The translations under genes and the position numbers were made by a program. From Vulcanimicrobiota bacterium (GTDB lineage: Bacteria; Vulcanimicrobiota; Xenobia; Xenobiales; QWHO01), in contig JBDHVW010000039.1 in the NCBI GenBank assembly GCA_039809865.1, positions 1,758-65,757 on the forward strand: DNA of 64,000 nt. The letters run 5' to 3'. Under the pieces are notes generated by a model. The model saw nothing but the letters and a program-made list of their open reading frames with translations. It was not told where the DNA came from and searched no databases. Numbering within the stretch: the first letter of the stretch is position 1; each line of letters opens with the position of its first letter. Positions 36,966 to 45,501 of this stretch are shown in pieces.

Positions 36966-37763
36966 ATGCGCGGCGTCGATATGAAATACAAAACCCTCAT
37001 CAACTGCTTCCAGGATCACCTGGCGGTGATGAGCATCAACCGTCCCGACAAGCTCAATGCTTTGAACAGCCAGGTCCTCGACGAGATGGAGGCCGCCCTG
37101 GACGAGATCGAGGCCAACCCGCAGTGGCGCTGCCTCCTCATCACCGGAGCCGGCGATAAGGCCTTCGTGGCCGGGGCCGACATCGGCGAGCTCAAGGACC
37201 TGAACTCCAAGCTGGGTAAGAAGGCCTCCGAGAAGGGCCAGAAGTTGTTCCGCCGCCTGGAGAAGTCCCACCTGTTCACCATTGCGGGCATCAACGGCTT
37301 CGCCCTGGGTGGCGGCCTGGAGCTGGCCCTGGCCTGCGACGTCCGCATCGCGGCCGACCACGCCGTGCTGGGTCTGCCCGAAGTGGGACTGGGAATCATC
37401 CCCGGTTACGGCGGCACGCAGCGCCTGCCGCGCCTCATCGGGCGCGGTCACGCGATGATGCTGATCGCTACCGGCACCAAGATTCAGGCCTCCCAGGCGC
37501 TCCAGATCGGTCTCGTCAACCTGGTGGTCCCGCGCGATCAGCTGCTGGTCGTCTGTCAGAACGTGGCCACGGAGGTCTCCAAGAACGGCCCCCTGGCCGT
37601 GGCCGCCGCCAAGCGCGCCCTGGATCAGGGAATGCAGGTCGGCCTGGACGAGGGTCTGGCCATCGAGGCCAAAGAGTTTGGCAAGCTTTGCACCACCGAA
37701 GACCGGAACGAAGGCATGACGGCGTTTCTCGAGAAGCGCCCGGCGGCGTTCACGGGTCATTGA
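36966..37763 (+). CDS. Enoyl-CoA hydratase (crotonase family)
   Basis: INRPDKLNALN, GAGDKAFVAGADI and GFALGGGLELALACD motifs. Confidence 0.9.
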   Translation: MRGVDMKYKTLINCFQDHLAVMSINRPDKLNALNSQVLDEMEAALDEIEANPQWRCLLITGAGDKAFVAGADIGELKDLNSKLGKKASEKGQKLFRRLEKSHLFTIAGINGFALGGGLELALACDVRIAADHAVLGLPEVGLGIIPGYGGTQRLPRLIGRGHAMMLIATGTKIQASQALQIGLVNLVVPRDQLLVVCQNVATEVSKNGPLAVAAAKRALDQGMQVGLDEGLAIEAKEFGKLCTTEDRNEGMTAFLEKRPAAFTGH

Positions 37764-37803
37764 GGTCGACGGTCGACAGTTGACAGTCAACAGTAGGAGA
37801 GGA
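37764..37803 (+). repeat. Heptamer array (GTCGACG GTCGACA GTTGACA GTCAACA GTAGGAG AGG) running into the thiolase SD
   Basis: Direct reading of ggtcgacggtcgacagttgacagtcaacagtaggagagg. The thiolase ATG is at 37810. Confidence 0.85.
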
Positions 37804-37809
37804 TGAATT

Positions 37810-38997
37810 ATGGCTCAGTTGTTGGATATCGTGATCGCGGGGGGAGCTCGCACGGCATTTGGAAAATTCGGGGGAGCGTTCCGCGACCTGTCGGCGGCTG
37901 ACCTGGCGCTGGCCGCCAGCGTCGAGGCCCTCAACCGCTCCGGGGTGCGGGCCGAGGAGATCGACCACGTGATCTTCGGCAACGTGATCCAGTCCAGCGG
38001 GGATGCGGCCTACCTGGCTCGCCACGTGGGGCTGCGCGCCGGGGTGCCGATTCCGGTCCCGGCGATGATCGTCAATCGCCTGTGCGCTTCCGGCTTCCAG
38101 GCCATCGTCTCGGGCGCTCAGGAGCTGCTGTCGGGCAACGCCGACGAGGTGCTGGTGGGCGGCGTGGAATCGATGAGCCAGGCGCCCCACACCGTGCGGG
38201 GCGCGCGCTGGGGCCTGGCGCTGGGGCAGAGCACCATGGGCGACGCCCTCTGGGAGGCGCTCACCGACACCTATTGCGGTTGCGCGATGTCGGCCACGGC
38301 CGAGAACCTGGCCCACCAGTATGGAATCACCCGCGAGGAGACCGACGAGTTCGCGCTGCGGAGCCAGAAGCTGGCCGCCGACGCGCAGGCCGCGGGCCGG
38401 CTGAACGACGAGATCGTGGGCGTGGAAGTGCGGGGCAAGAAGGGCTCCGTGCTGGTGGACAAAGATGAGGGTATCCGCGCCGACAGCACCATCGAGGGCC
38501 TGGCCAAGCTCAAGCCGGCTTTCCGCGCGGACGGCGTGGTCACCGCGGGCAACGCGTCCGGCATCAACGACGGCGCCGCCGCCCTGGTGTTGACGACGTC
38601 CGAGTCGGCCAGGAAGCGTGAGGTCAAGCCGCTGGGCCGTCTCCTGGGCTGGTCGGTCAAAGGCGTGGTGCCCGACCTGATGGGCATCGGTCCCGCTCCG
38701 GCGGTCCGCGACCTGCTGCAGAAAACCGGCAAGACCCTGGACGAGATCGACCTGATCGAGGTCAACGAGGCGTTTGCCTGTCAGTACCTGGCCGTGGAGC
38801 GCGAGCTCGGCCTGCCGCGCGAGAAGGTCAACGTCAACGGCGGAGCGGTCGCCATCGGCCACCCCCTGGGAGCCTCGGGCGCCCGCCTCACCCTCACCCT
38901 GCTTTACGAGCTCCGCCGCCGCGGCGCCAAGCTCGGCATCGCCACGGCCTGCGTGGGCGGCGGGCAGGGGATGGCCGTGCTGGTCAGCGCCGAGTAG
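37810..38997 (+). CDS. Acetyl-CoA C-acetyltransferase (thiolase II)
   Basis: Active-site regions [27 protein letters not shown] and [23 protein letters not shown]. Confidence 0.92.
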   Translation: MAQLLDIVIAGGARTAFGKFGGAFRDLSAADLALAASVEALNRSGVRAEEIDHVIFGNVIQSSGDAAYLARHVGLRAGVPIPVPAMIVNRLCASGFQAIVSGAQELLSGNADEVLVGGVESMSQAPHTVRGARWGLALGQSTMGDALWEALTDTYCGCAMSATAENLAHQYGITREETDEFALRSQKLAADAQAAGRLNDEIVGVEVRGKKGSVLVDKDEGIRADSTIEGLAKLKPAFRADGVVTAGNASGINDGAAALVLTTSESARKREVKPLGRLLGWSVKGVVPDLMGIGPAPAVRDLLQKTGKTLDEIDLIEVNEAFACQYLAVERELGLPREKVNVNGGAVAIGHPLGASGARLTLTLLYELRRRGAKLGIATACVGGGQGMAVLVSAE

Positions 38998-39027
38998 CTT
39001 TCGGGGCGGTTGGGCACTGGGGCGGGG

Positions 39028-39063
39028 GGTCGACAGTTGACAGTCGACAGTTGACAGGAGAGG
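39028..39063 (+). repeat. Heptamer array (GTCGACA GTTGACA GTCGACA GTTGACA GGAGAGG) running into the moeA SD
   Basis: Direct reading. The moeA ATG is at 39071. The terminal gacaggagaggtccg is identical to the end of the array at 1282-1350. Confidence 0.85.
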
Positions 39064-39070
39064 TCCGACG

Positions 39071-40252
39071 ATGCTTGCTGTTCCGGAGGCGTTGGCCAGG
39101 ATTCTGGCTGAGGTGACCCCGCTCGAGGCTCGTGAGATCCCGCTGGCGGAGGCGCTCGGCCTCGTGCTGGCGCAGGAGGTCACGGCTCACGAGCAGCATC
39201 CGCCATTCGACAACTCGGCGGTAGACGGATTTGCCGTCCGATATGCCGACGGCCCGGGTCCGCTGGAGCTGATCGGGGAGATTCCCGCGGGCACCGTGCC
39301 CGACTTCCGTCTCGAGCCCGGCCAGTCGGCCGCCATCATGACCGGTGCGATGCTGCCAGAGGGGGCGGACGCCTGCGCCATGGTGGAGGACTCTCGCAAG
39401 GAGGGCACGCGCCTCTTCCTGAGCAAGCCGGTCAGCGAGGGCGAGAACGTCCGGCGAGCCGGCGAGCACCTGAAGGCGGGCCAGGTCGTCCTGACCCCGG
39501 GCCGCGTGCTCCGGCCCGGCGACATCGGACTGGCGGCCAGCCTGGGTTATCCCAAGCTCCACTGCATCCCCAAAGCCCGGGTGGCCGTGCTCTCCACCGG
39601 CTCGGAGCTGGTGGAGCCAGGCCTGCCGCTGGCTCAGGGCCAGATACGCGACAGCAACTCCTATGCCATCCAGGCCCAGATCTTGACCTGCGGCGGGCTA
39701 CCCGTCCGCATGGGCCCGGTGGCCGACGATCCCGAGGCGCTCGAACCCGTGCTGCGCCACGCGCTGGAGGTCGCCGACGTGCTGATCACCAGCGCCGGGG
39801 TGTCAGTTGGCGATCACGACCACGTGCGCCCCTTGCTGGAGAAACTGGGAGGGCAACTGAGCTTCTGGCGCATCAAGATGCGTCCGGGTAGGCCGCTGGC
39901 GTTCGGAAAGGCCGGCCGGGTGCCAATGTTCGGCTTGCCCGGCAATCCCGTGTCCAGCATGGTGACCTTCGAGATGTTCGTCCGCCCCGCGCTGGACCGC
40001 TTGATGGGCCGCACTCCGGTGCGCAACCCCGCCCGAGCCGTGCTGGCCACCGAGTTCAGCAAGAAGCCGGGTTTGACGTGGTTCCTCCGCGCGCGCCTGG
40101 ACGCGGACGGGCGCGCCCACCCGAGCAAGAACCAGGGCTCCCACATTCTCAGCTCGATGGTGGAGGCGGATGGCCTGGTCGTGATTCCGGAAGAGGCCGA
40201 GCGTCTGGAAGCCGGCACCGAGGTGGACTTTCTGCCCCTGACCTACTCGTAG
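39071..40252 (+). CDS. moeA: Molybdopterin molybdotransferase
   Basis: PPFDNSAVDGFAV, STGSEL, IRDSN, ITSAGVSVGDHD and LPGNPVSS motifs. Confidence 0.9.
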   Translation: MLAVPEALARILAEVTPLEAREIPLAEALGLVLAQEVTAHEQHPPFDNSAVDGFAVRYADGPGPLELIGEIPAGTVPDFRLEPGQSAAIMTGAMLPEGADACAMVEDSRKEGTRLFLSKPVSEGENVRRAGEHLKAGQVVLTPGRVLRPGDIGLAASLGYPKLHCIPKARVAVLSTGSELVEPGLPLAQGQIRDSNSYAIQAQILTCGGLPVRMGPVADDPEALEPVLRHALEVADVLITSAGVSVGDHDHVRPLLEKLGGQLSFWRIKMRPGRPLAFGKAGRVPMFGLPGNPVSSMVTFEMFVRPALDRLMGRTPVRNPARAVLATEFSKKPGLTWFLRARLDADGRAHPSKNQGSHILSSMVEADGLVVIPEEAERLEAGTEVDFLPLTYS

Positions 40253-40674
40253 GCCATCCACCAGTCCGAGCCGATGACCTTGCCGGCGTGCACCCGGAAA
40301 TAGAGCAGGTCGTGGCCGCCCCGCCAGTAGTAGAGGAGAGCGCGCTCGGAGCCTTCGGAGTTGCGAATGAGGCTCCACCAGGGATTGCCGGGCTCGGCAA
40401 ACTGATCGGGGGGGCCCATCAGCTCCACGACCTGAGCCTCGGTGAAGCTGCCGTCGCCCAGGCTCGTGCCGAGCTGCGCCATCACTTCGTGCTTGCGGCC
40501 GCCGAACTTGTCGACCGACTCGACATACTCTCCGCCGGCATAGTGGCCTTTGATCTTTCGCAGCTCGCGATATTCGGCTGCCAGGCTTTGCAAATCGTCA
40601 GCTGATACCGGCAGCAGCGCCAGCAACAGGAACAGGGCCAGCAGGCCGGTTACCCTTCTTCGGGCTTCTGCCAA
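40243..40674 (-). CDS. Secreted hypothetical protein
   Basis: Signal peptide RRRVTGLLALFLLLALLPVSA. No known domain recognised. Confidence 0.55.
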   Translation of the reverse strand: MAEARRRVTGLLALFLLLALLPVSADDLQSLAAEYRELRKIKGHYAGGEYVESVDKFGGRKHEVMAQLGTSLGDGSFTEAQVVELMGPPDQFAEPGNPWWSLIRNSEGSERALLYYWRGGHDLLYFRVHAGKVIGSDWWMAYE

Positions 40675-41420
40675 CGCTCTTTCTCGAGCCCGGTGCCTTC
40701 GGTGGTGTGAATGTGAGCGTTGACGTGGCTGCCAAAGTGCTCGCGGTAGAACGTGCCGTTCAGGTGCGCCAGCACCAGCATTCCGTAAGTGCTCAGGAGC
40801 CCACCTACGAACAATCCCAGAATGCCGATGATCGGCAGGTTGCTCAGAATCGACTGCGGCAGGTTGACCACGAAGGTGATCACCAGGTTGGCGAGCACCA
40901 GCAAGACGTAGGGTTTGAGGTTAGCCTGAATTTTCTCCCAGATGTTGCCGAGCGCGAAGCCGGCGCCCATATCGTCGTTGGCGGCGTAGGTCATGATGGC
41001 CATCGGCAGGATGAAAGCCACCGCCAGGCTGAGGGCACCCGAAAGAAGCGAGCCCAGCCAGAACCAGATGCCGATGGTATGCTGCCCCTCGTCGGTCTGC
41101 CCCGACATCAGGGTGAAGATCGAGCCGCCCACGGAGACGATGGTGACGATGATGGGGATGGCGTAGTAGCCGAGGCTGATGAGCAGCGCGTGCAGCCCGA
41201 ACCGGAAGTGGTCGGCCATCAGCTCCCACTCGGGAAGCTCGTTCTCCTCGCCGCGGATGACCTTGCGCATCGCCGAGATACCGTAGCCCCAGAGGAAGAT
41301 CAGCGGAATGGCCAGGAGACAGATGCCGGGGAAGAAACACGCGCCCCCGATGAGGATCTTCTTTTTGGCATCCTCATCGTTGAGTGGATACCTCAGCGAG
41401 CTCGAGAGATCTAGGGCCAC
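40650..41420 (-). CDS. DUF4013-family membrane protein
   Basis: LRYPLNDEDAKKKILIGG...WGYGISAMRKVIRGEENELPEW matches the recalled DUF4013 signature. GTG 41420 is preceded by GAGAGGAG. There are ~5 TM helices. Confidence 0.65.
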   Translation of the reverse strand: MALDLSSSLRYPLNDEDAKKKILIGGACFFPGICLLAIPLIFLWGYGISAMRKVIRGEENELPEWELMADHFRFGLHALLISLGYYAIPIIVTIVSVGGSIFTLMSGQTDEGQHTIGIWFWLGSLLSGALSLAVAFILPMAIMTYAANDDMGAGFALGNIWEKIQANLKPYVLLVLANLVITFVVNLPQSILSNLPIIGILGLFVGGLLSTYGMLVLAHLNGTFYREHFGSHVNAHIHTTEGTGLEKERWQKPEEG

Positions 41421-41615
41421 GTGGACTCCTCTCGGAGGCTTCCAGAAGCCCCCTGATTCGAAGGACTCATTTGTCTTTGAAAAGTTCTGCCCCCCAGAGG
41501 TCGATCCTCCTGCGAAGGGAAGCCCGGGGCCGGGTCGAAGCATCTCAGAGCCGCATGTCGAGAAGCGGAAACGCTTGGCGCAGCGGGTGAAAAAGGTTCA
41601 AATTCGGAGGTCCGC

Positions 41616-41777
41616 ATGCCGGGTGCATGGGAATGGGTTCTCATCTTTATGATCGCGTTGCTCCTGTTGGGGCCCGGCATTTTCATGCGGGCCGGAGCCT
41701 CGCTCGGACATGGCGTCGGCGCCTTCAAGAAAGCCGTGAAAGACGGCGAGAAGTCCAGTAACGACCCGCCCGCCTAG
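41616..41777 (+). CDS. tatA: Twin-arginine translocase TatA/E-family protein (53 aa; below the ORF-track length cut-off)
   Basis: Read by eye: MPGAWEWVLIFMIALLLLGPGIFMRAGASLGHGVGAFKKAVKDGEKSSNDPPA. It has a TM helix plus an amphipathic helix, SD cGGAGGtccgcATG, and sits directly upstream of tatC. Confidence 0.7.
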   Translation: MPGAWEWVLIFMIALLLLGPGIFMRAGASLGHGVGAFKKAVKDGEKSSNDPPA

Positions 41778-41789
41778 CGCCAGGCTCTG

Positions 41790-42560
41790 ATGGACCAGCC
41801 CCAGGAAGTAGTGCCGGCGGCACCCGCGAGCGAGCCCGAGGTCGTCGACCACACTCCGTACGACAAGCCCATGAGCCTGGTCGACCACCTGTCCGAGCTG
41901 CGGACGCGCATATTCTGGTCCCTGGCCTGTTGGATTGCGGCTACCGCCGCCTGCTACTTCTACACTCCCACGCTGCTGGCGCTAGTGCGCCCCCTGCTCG
42001 GGCCCAAGGCCGAGCTCATTTTCACCGCCCCCACCGACGCGTTCTTTGCCTATCTGACGCTGGCCATGGTTGCCGGACTTTTCATCACGGCCCCCATCTT
42101 GCTCTACCACATCGCCATGTTCGTCTTGCCGGGGCTGACGCGCTCGGAAAGGCGCTGGCTGCTCTCGATGCTGCCACTGTCGATCGCCTTGTTCCTGGTC
42201 GGGGCCCTGTTTGCTTACTACGTGGTCCTGCCGATCACGATGACGTTCTTCATGTCTTACGCCACCGACGATCTCCACGCTCAGATCAAGATCGACGAGT
42301 TCATGGGGTTTGTCATCAGCATGCTGCTGATTTGCGGGCTGATGTTCCAGTTGCCCCTGGTGATGTTGTTCCTGGCCCAGCTGGGCCTGATCGGCTCCAA
42401 AGGGCTGTCGCGCCACCGGCGCCTGGCGCTCTTCGTCAGCTTCGTCATCGCGGCGGTGGCCACTCCCACTCCCGACGCCATGACCTGCACCGTGGTCGCG
42501 CTGCCGCTCTACCTGCTGTTCGAGTTCAGTCTGATCTTGATGAGAATTACAGGCAAGTAG
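41790..42560 (+). CDS. tatC: Twin-arginine translocase subunit TatC
   Basis: MSLVDHLSELRTRI.., six TM helices, and ATPTPD near the C-terminus. Confidence 0.92.
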   Translation: MDQPQEVVPAAPASEPEVVDHTPYDKPMSLVDHLSELRTRIFWSLACWIAATAACYFYTPTLLALVRPLLGPKAELIFTAPTDAFFAYLTLAMVAGLFITAPILLYHIAMFVLPGLTRSERRWLLSMLPLSIALFLVGALFAYYVVLPITMTFFMSYATDDLHAQIKIDEFMGFVISMLLICGLMFQLPLVMLFLAQLGLIGSKGLSRHRRLALFVSFVIAAVATPTPDAMTCTVVALPLYLLFEFSLILMRITGK

Positions 42561-42615
42561 GCTGGAACTTTTTCTCGTCGAAATGTATCTTACAGGGTAA
42601 CCTGAAAAGGAGTCT

Positions 42616-42879
42616 ATGACAGTGGAAAACCTCGTCTATGCTTGGACGCTCGGCCCGATGGAGCTCGTTTTGTTGCTCGTCGCGGCTTTGATTATCTTCG
42701 GCCCGCGCCGCCTGCCCGAGATCGGAAAGGCCGCTGGCGAAGCCATCCACGGCTTCAAGAACGCGAGCTCGGCACCGCCGACCCCGCCGCCGCAGGCCGC
42801 CGTCCCGACGGCTCCGGCCGCCCCGGCTCCGCTCGCCGCCGCTCCCGCTCCCGAAGACAACGGCGTCACCAAGATCTAG
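42616..42879 (+). CDS. Second TatA/TatB-family protein
   Basis: [37 protein letters not shown] is the canonical TatA core. SD AAGGAG lies upstream of ATG 42616. The tail is Pro/Ala-rich. Confidence 0.8.
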   Translation: MTVENLVYAWTLGPMELVLLLVAALIIFGPRRLPEIGKAAGEAIHGFKNASSAPPTPPPQAAVPTAPAAPAPLAAAPAPEDNGVTKI

Positions 42880-42880
42880 C

Positions 42881-43017
42881 GGTAGACGGTCGTCGGCAGA
42901 CGGTAGACGGCAGACGGTAGACGGTAGACGGTAGACGGTAGACGGTAGACGGGCTGGAAGGCAGACACTACCGGTGCCGGTGTAGGCACTACCGTCTACC
43001 TGCTTCCGTCTACCGTC
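42881..43017 (+). repeat. GGTAGAC heptamer array (10 units) plus an inverted GTCTACC copy, forming a terminator-like long hairpin
   Basis: 42881-42950 holds ggtagac/ggcagac/ggtcgtc x10. 42990-43017 (ccgtctacctgcttccgtctaccgtc) is the inverse, followed by TTTTCC. It lies between the tatA2 stop and the rex stop, and the last rex codons sit inside it. Confidence 0.8.
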
Positions 43018-43646
43018 TTTTCCAGGGGGCCGCTCAGGTGGTAGGCGAGGATGGCCAGCTCGTGTGTCATGTCCACGTTGCGCACGGCGACCTTCTCGGG
43101 ATGGACCAACGTGGTGCCGGTAAAGTTCAAGAGCGCTTCCACGCCCGAGCCGATCAGCAGGCTGGCGACGTCGCGCGCGCCGCTGGCGGGCACCGCGATG
43201 ATGCCGAGCTTGACGTCCAGCGGACAGGGGAGCTCGGCGATGTCGCGCACCGTGACCCCGTGGAGGCTCATGCCGATTTTCTCGGGGTCCTGATCGTAGA
43301 TCCGGACGATTTTGAAACCCCAGCGCTTGAAGCCTGGAAAGTTGGCCAGGGCGGCGCCCAGGTTTCCGGCTCCCACGAGCACCACGTCGTGGTCCTGATC
43401 GAGCTGCATGATGGCCGCGATCCGGTCGAGCAGGTCCTCCACGACGTAACCCAGCCCCTGCACGCCAAACTCGCCGAAGTGCGAAAGGTCCTTGCGGAAT
43501 TGAGAGGCTTTCACGCCCGCCAGCGAGGCGAGCTCTTCGCTGGAAACGACCTCCTGGTTCGCCTCCTGCAGCTCGACCAGGCAGCGAAAGTAGCTGGGCA
43601 GGCGAGCGATGGTCGGCTCGGGGATTTTGTCACGCCGCTCGGACAT
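42996..43646 (-). CDS. rex: Redox-sensing transcriptional repressor Rex
   Basis: IPEPTIARLPSYFRCL, SSEELA...QFRKDLSHFGEFG.QG.GY, and Rossmann motif VVLVGAGNLGAAL. Confidence 0.9.
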   Translation of the reverse strand: MSERRDKIPEPTIARLPSYFRCLVELQEANQEVVSSEELASLAGVKASQFRKDLSHFGEFGVQGLGYVVEDLLDRIAAIMQLDQDHDVVLVGAGNLGAALANFPGFKRWGFKIVRIYDQDPEKIGMSLHGVTVRDIAELPCPLDVKLGIIAVPASGARDVASLLIGSGVEALLNFTGTTLVHPEKVAVRNVDMTHELAILAYHLSGPLEKTVDGSR

Positions 43647-43662
43647 AAGGAAGGGCCTTTCC

Positions 43663-44556
43663 TCAAGGGCCGCCCTTTACCTCCGCCCGCGAGCGCGCTG
43701 CTTCCACGACCTGCCACAGGAGGAGGGCGGTGGTCACCGGTCCGAGCCCGCCCCGGGCCGGGGAGAGAGCCGAAGCCACGAGGTGGACTCCACCCTGCTC
43801 CACATCGCCCACGACCTGACCGTCGGGACCCACGTTCGTCCCCACGTCCAGCACCACCGCGCCGGGGGTGACCATCGAGGCGGTCACCAGGTCGGGATGC
43901 CCGGCCGCCACGACCAGGATCTCCGCCTGGCGGGTCTCATAGGCCAGGTCGCGCGTCTTGGAGTGACACAGCGTTACGGTGGCGTCCTCGGCCAGCATCA
44001 GCAAGGCCAGCGGACGGCCCACCACCAGGCTTCGTCCCACGATGACAACCCGTTTGCCCGCGATCGGGATCTCGTAGTGATGCAACATCTCCACGCACGC
44101 CGCGGCGGTGGCGGGGACGAACAGGGGGCTGCCGGCCATCAGGCGGCCGAGGTTGACGGGGTGCAGACCGTCGACGTCCTTGTCGGGTGGAATGCGCAGA
44201 ATCGGGTGCAGCGAGGCATACTCCTCGCTGACGGGCGACTCCAGTAAAATGGCGTGAATGCGGGGATTTTCGGCCATCTCGCGGAGCGTGTCGACCAGCT
44301 CGCGACCGGCTCCGGTGGGGGGCAGAGTGACCGTTTGGGAGGCGATGCCCAGGCCAGCGCAAGCCCGTTCCTTGGTGCGGGCATACAGGGCCGAAGCCGG
44401 GTCTCCGGTGGCGTCTACGATGGCTAGAGTCGGCACCACGTCGGCGTTTGCGAGCTGCGCCACCGACTGCTCGATGTTGCGATGGAGTCGCTCGACGACG
44501 GGTTGGCCACGGAGGATCTGGGCGGACATGAGCCCGGGTTTTCGGGCCATGATCAC
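43663..44556 (-). CDS. folD: Bifunctional methylenetetrahydrofolate dehydrogenase/cyclohydrolase
   Basis: PTLAIV..GDDPAS..Y...K-like block, DVDGLHPVNLGRL, VVIVGRSLVVGRP, and GGLGPVTTALLL near the C-terminus. Confidence 0.92.
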   Translation of the reverse strand: MIMARKPGLMSAQILRGQPVVERLHRNIEQSVAQLANADVVPTLAIVDATGDPASALYARTKERACAGLGIASQTVTLPPTGAGRELVDTLREMAENPRIHAILLESPVSEEYASLHPILRIPPDKDVDGLHPVNLGRLMAGSPLFVPATAAACVEMLHHYEIPIAGKRVVIVGRSLVVGRPLALLMLAEDATVTLCHSKTRDLAYETRQAEILVVAAGHPDLVTASMVTPGAVVLDVGTNVGPDGQVVGDVEQGGVHLVASALSPARGGLGPVTTALLLWQVVEAARSRAEVKGGP

Positions 44557-44779
44557 CCAGCCCTCCTGACCCTTTCAAGGAGAGTTGAAGGTTACTCTCG
44601 GCATGAAATGGCTTAACCAGGCCGATCATGGTCTTTGCGGCCGGCGAAAAAAATCTTGAAAAAAGTGCAGATATTAGCAGGAGGAACCGCCGAACTGCTG
44701 GAAATTGTTCAACGCGGTCAACGGATTTTCGGGTCACCAGGCGTAGCCTGATGGCCCCCATCGCAGTGGAGGTGTAATA

Positions 44780-45115
44780 GTGCCGCCTAAGAAGGAAGCT
44801 CCTAAAAAGCCGGCTGCAAAGCCAGCAGCGAAGCCGGCAGCGAAGCCGGCAGCCAAACCGGCAGCGAAGCCTGCAGCCAAGCCGGCTGCGAAGCCCGCTG
44901 CTAAGCCGGCAGCGAAGCCCGCGGCCAAGCCGGCTGCGAAACCGGCAGCCAAGCCCGCCGCCAAGCCGGCAGCGAAACCCGCTGCCAAGCCGGCCGCGAA
45001 GCCTGCTGCCAAACCCGCCGCCAAACCGGCGGCGAAACCCGCGGCGAAGCCGGCTGGAAAGCCTGCTGCCAAGCCCGCCCCCAAGAAGAAGGGCACTCCC
45101 GCGAAGGAGATGTAA
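44780..45115 (+). CDS. Histone H1-like Lys/Ala/Pro repeat protein (111 aa)
   Basis: GTG start with SD GGAGGTGTAATA. The sequence is MPPKKEAPKKP + 20 x AAKP + AGKPAAKPAPKKKGTPAKEM. It is followed by a strong intrinsic terminator. Confidence 0.65.
   Translation: MPPKKEAPKKPAAKPAAKPAAKPAAKPAAKPAAKPAAKPAAKPAAKPAAKPAAKPAAKPAAKPAAKPAAKPAAKPAAKPAAKPAAKPAAKPAGKPAAKPAPKKKGTPAKEM
44804..45080 (+). repeat. 12-nt coding microsatellite (AAKP)n
   Basis: About 20 consecutive GC(N)GC(N)AA(R)CC(N) units with synonymous variation. Confidence 0.9.
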
Positions 45116-45138
45116 GGTTCGGTTCTCCGAACCTGCGG

Positions 45139-45183
45139 CTGAGGGAGCCGGGTCGATGTGACCCGCTCCCTCAGTTGTTTTCA
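45139..45183 (+). terminator. Rho-independent terminator of the H1-like gene
   Basis: CTGAGGGAGC-C-GGGTC-gatgt-GACCC-GCTCCCTCAG is an extended stem, followed by TTGTTTTC. Confidence 0.7.
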
Positions 45184-45207
45184 GGCGGTGGGGGGTTCGA
45201 GGTGCAA

Positions 45208-45470
45208 GGGTCGACAGTCGACAGTTGACAGTCGACAGGAGAAGACGAAGAAGGCAGGCTCGCTGGCCTGCCTTCGTCATTTGGGCGCCCCCGCCAGCCT
45301 TCCCTCGGCGCTACCGCCAGGGCTTCCCCGTGGCGCTCCCGCCAGGGCCTCCCCGGCCCTCCACTGTCGACTGTAGACTGTCGACTGTCGACCCCCCCGC
45401 GGCCCCGCGAAGGCCTCCCCGGGCGCCACCGCCAGGGCCTCCCCGGCCCGCTACTGCCAACTGCCAACCC
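45208..45470. repeat. Composite repeat locus: forward TCGACAG array (45208-45238), a hairpin, then the reverse-oriented CCGCCAGGG/CTGTCGA/CTGCCAA element (45314-45470)
   Basis: 45314-45395 (ccgccagggcttccccgtggcgctcccgccagggcctccccggccctccactgtcgactgtagactgtcgactgtcgacc) is homologous to the 26031 and 26175 units. The forward and reverse heptamer blocks can pair. Confidence 0.8.
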
Positions 45471-45501
45471 CTAACGACCCCCACCCCCCGACCGCAACAA
45501 C

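Noticed and set aside
41590-41606. GGTTCAAATTCGG (and GGTTCGAGG at ~45196), resembling tRNA T-arm sequences.
   Set aside because: The flanks cannot form T-stem, acceptor or anticodon arms. The first site lies in the tatA leader, overlapping its SD. No tRNA is called.
44734-45096. Minus-strand ORF (GFAAGLAAG)n opposite the AAKP gene.
   Set aside because: It is the mirror image of the 12-nt coding repeat. The plus-strand frame has the SD and terminator and encodes a biologically known repeat type (Lys/Ala/Pro).
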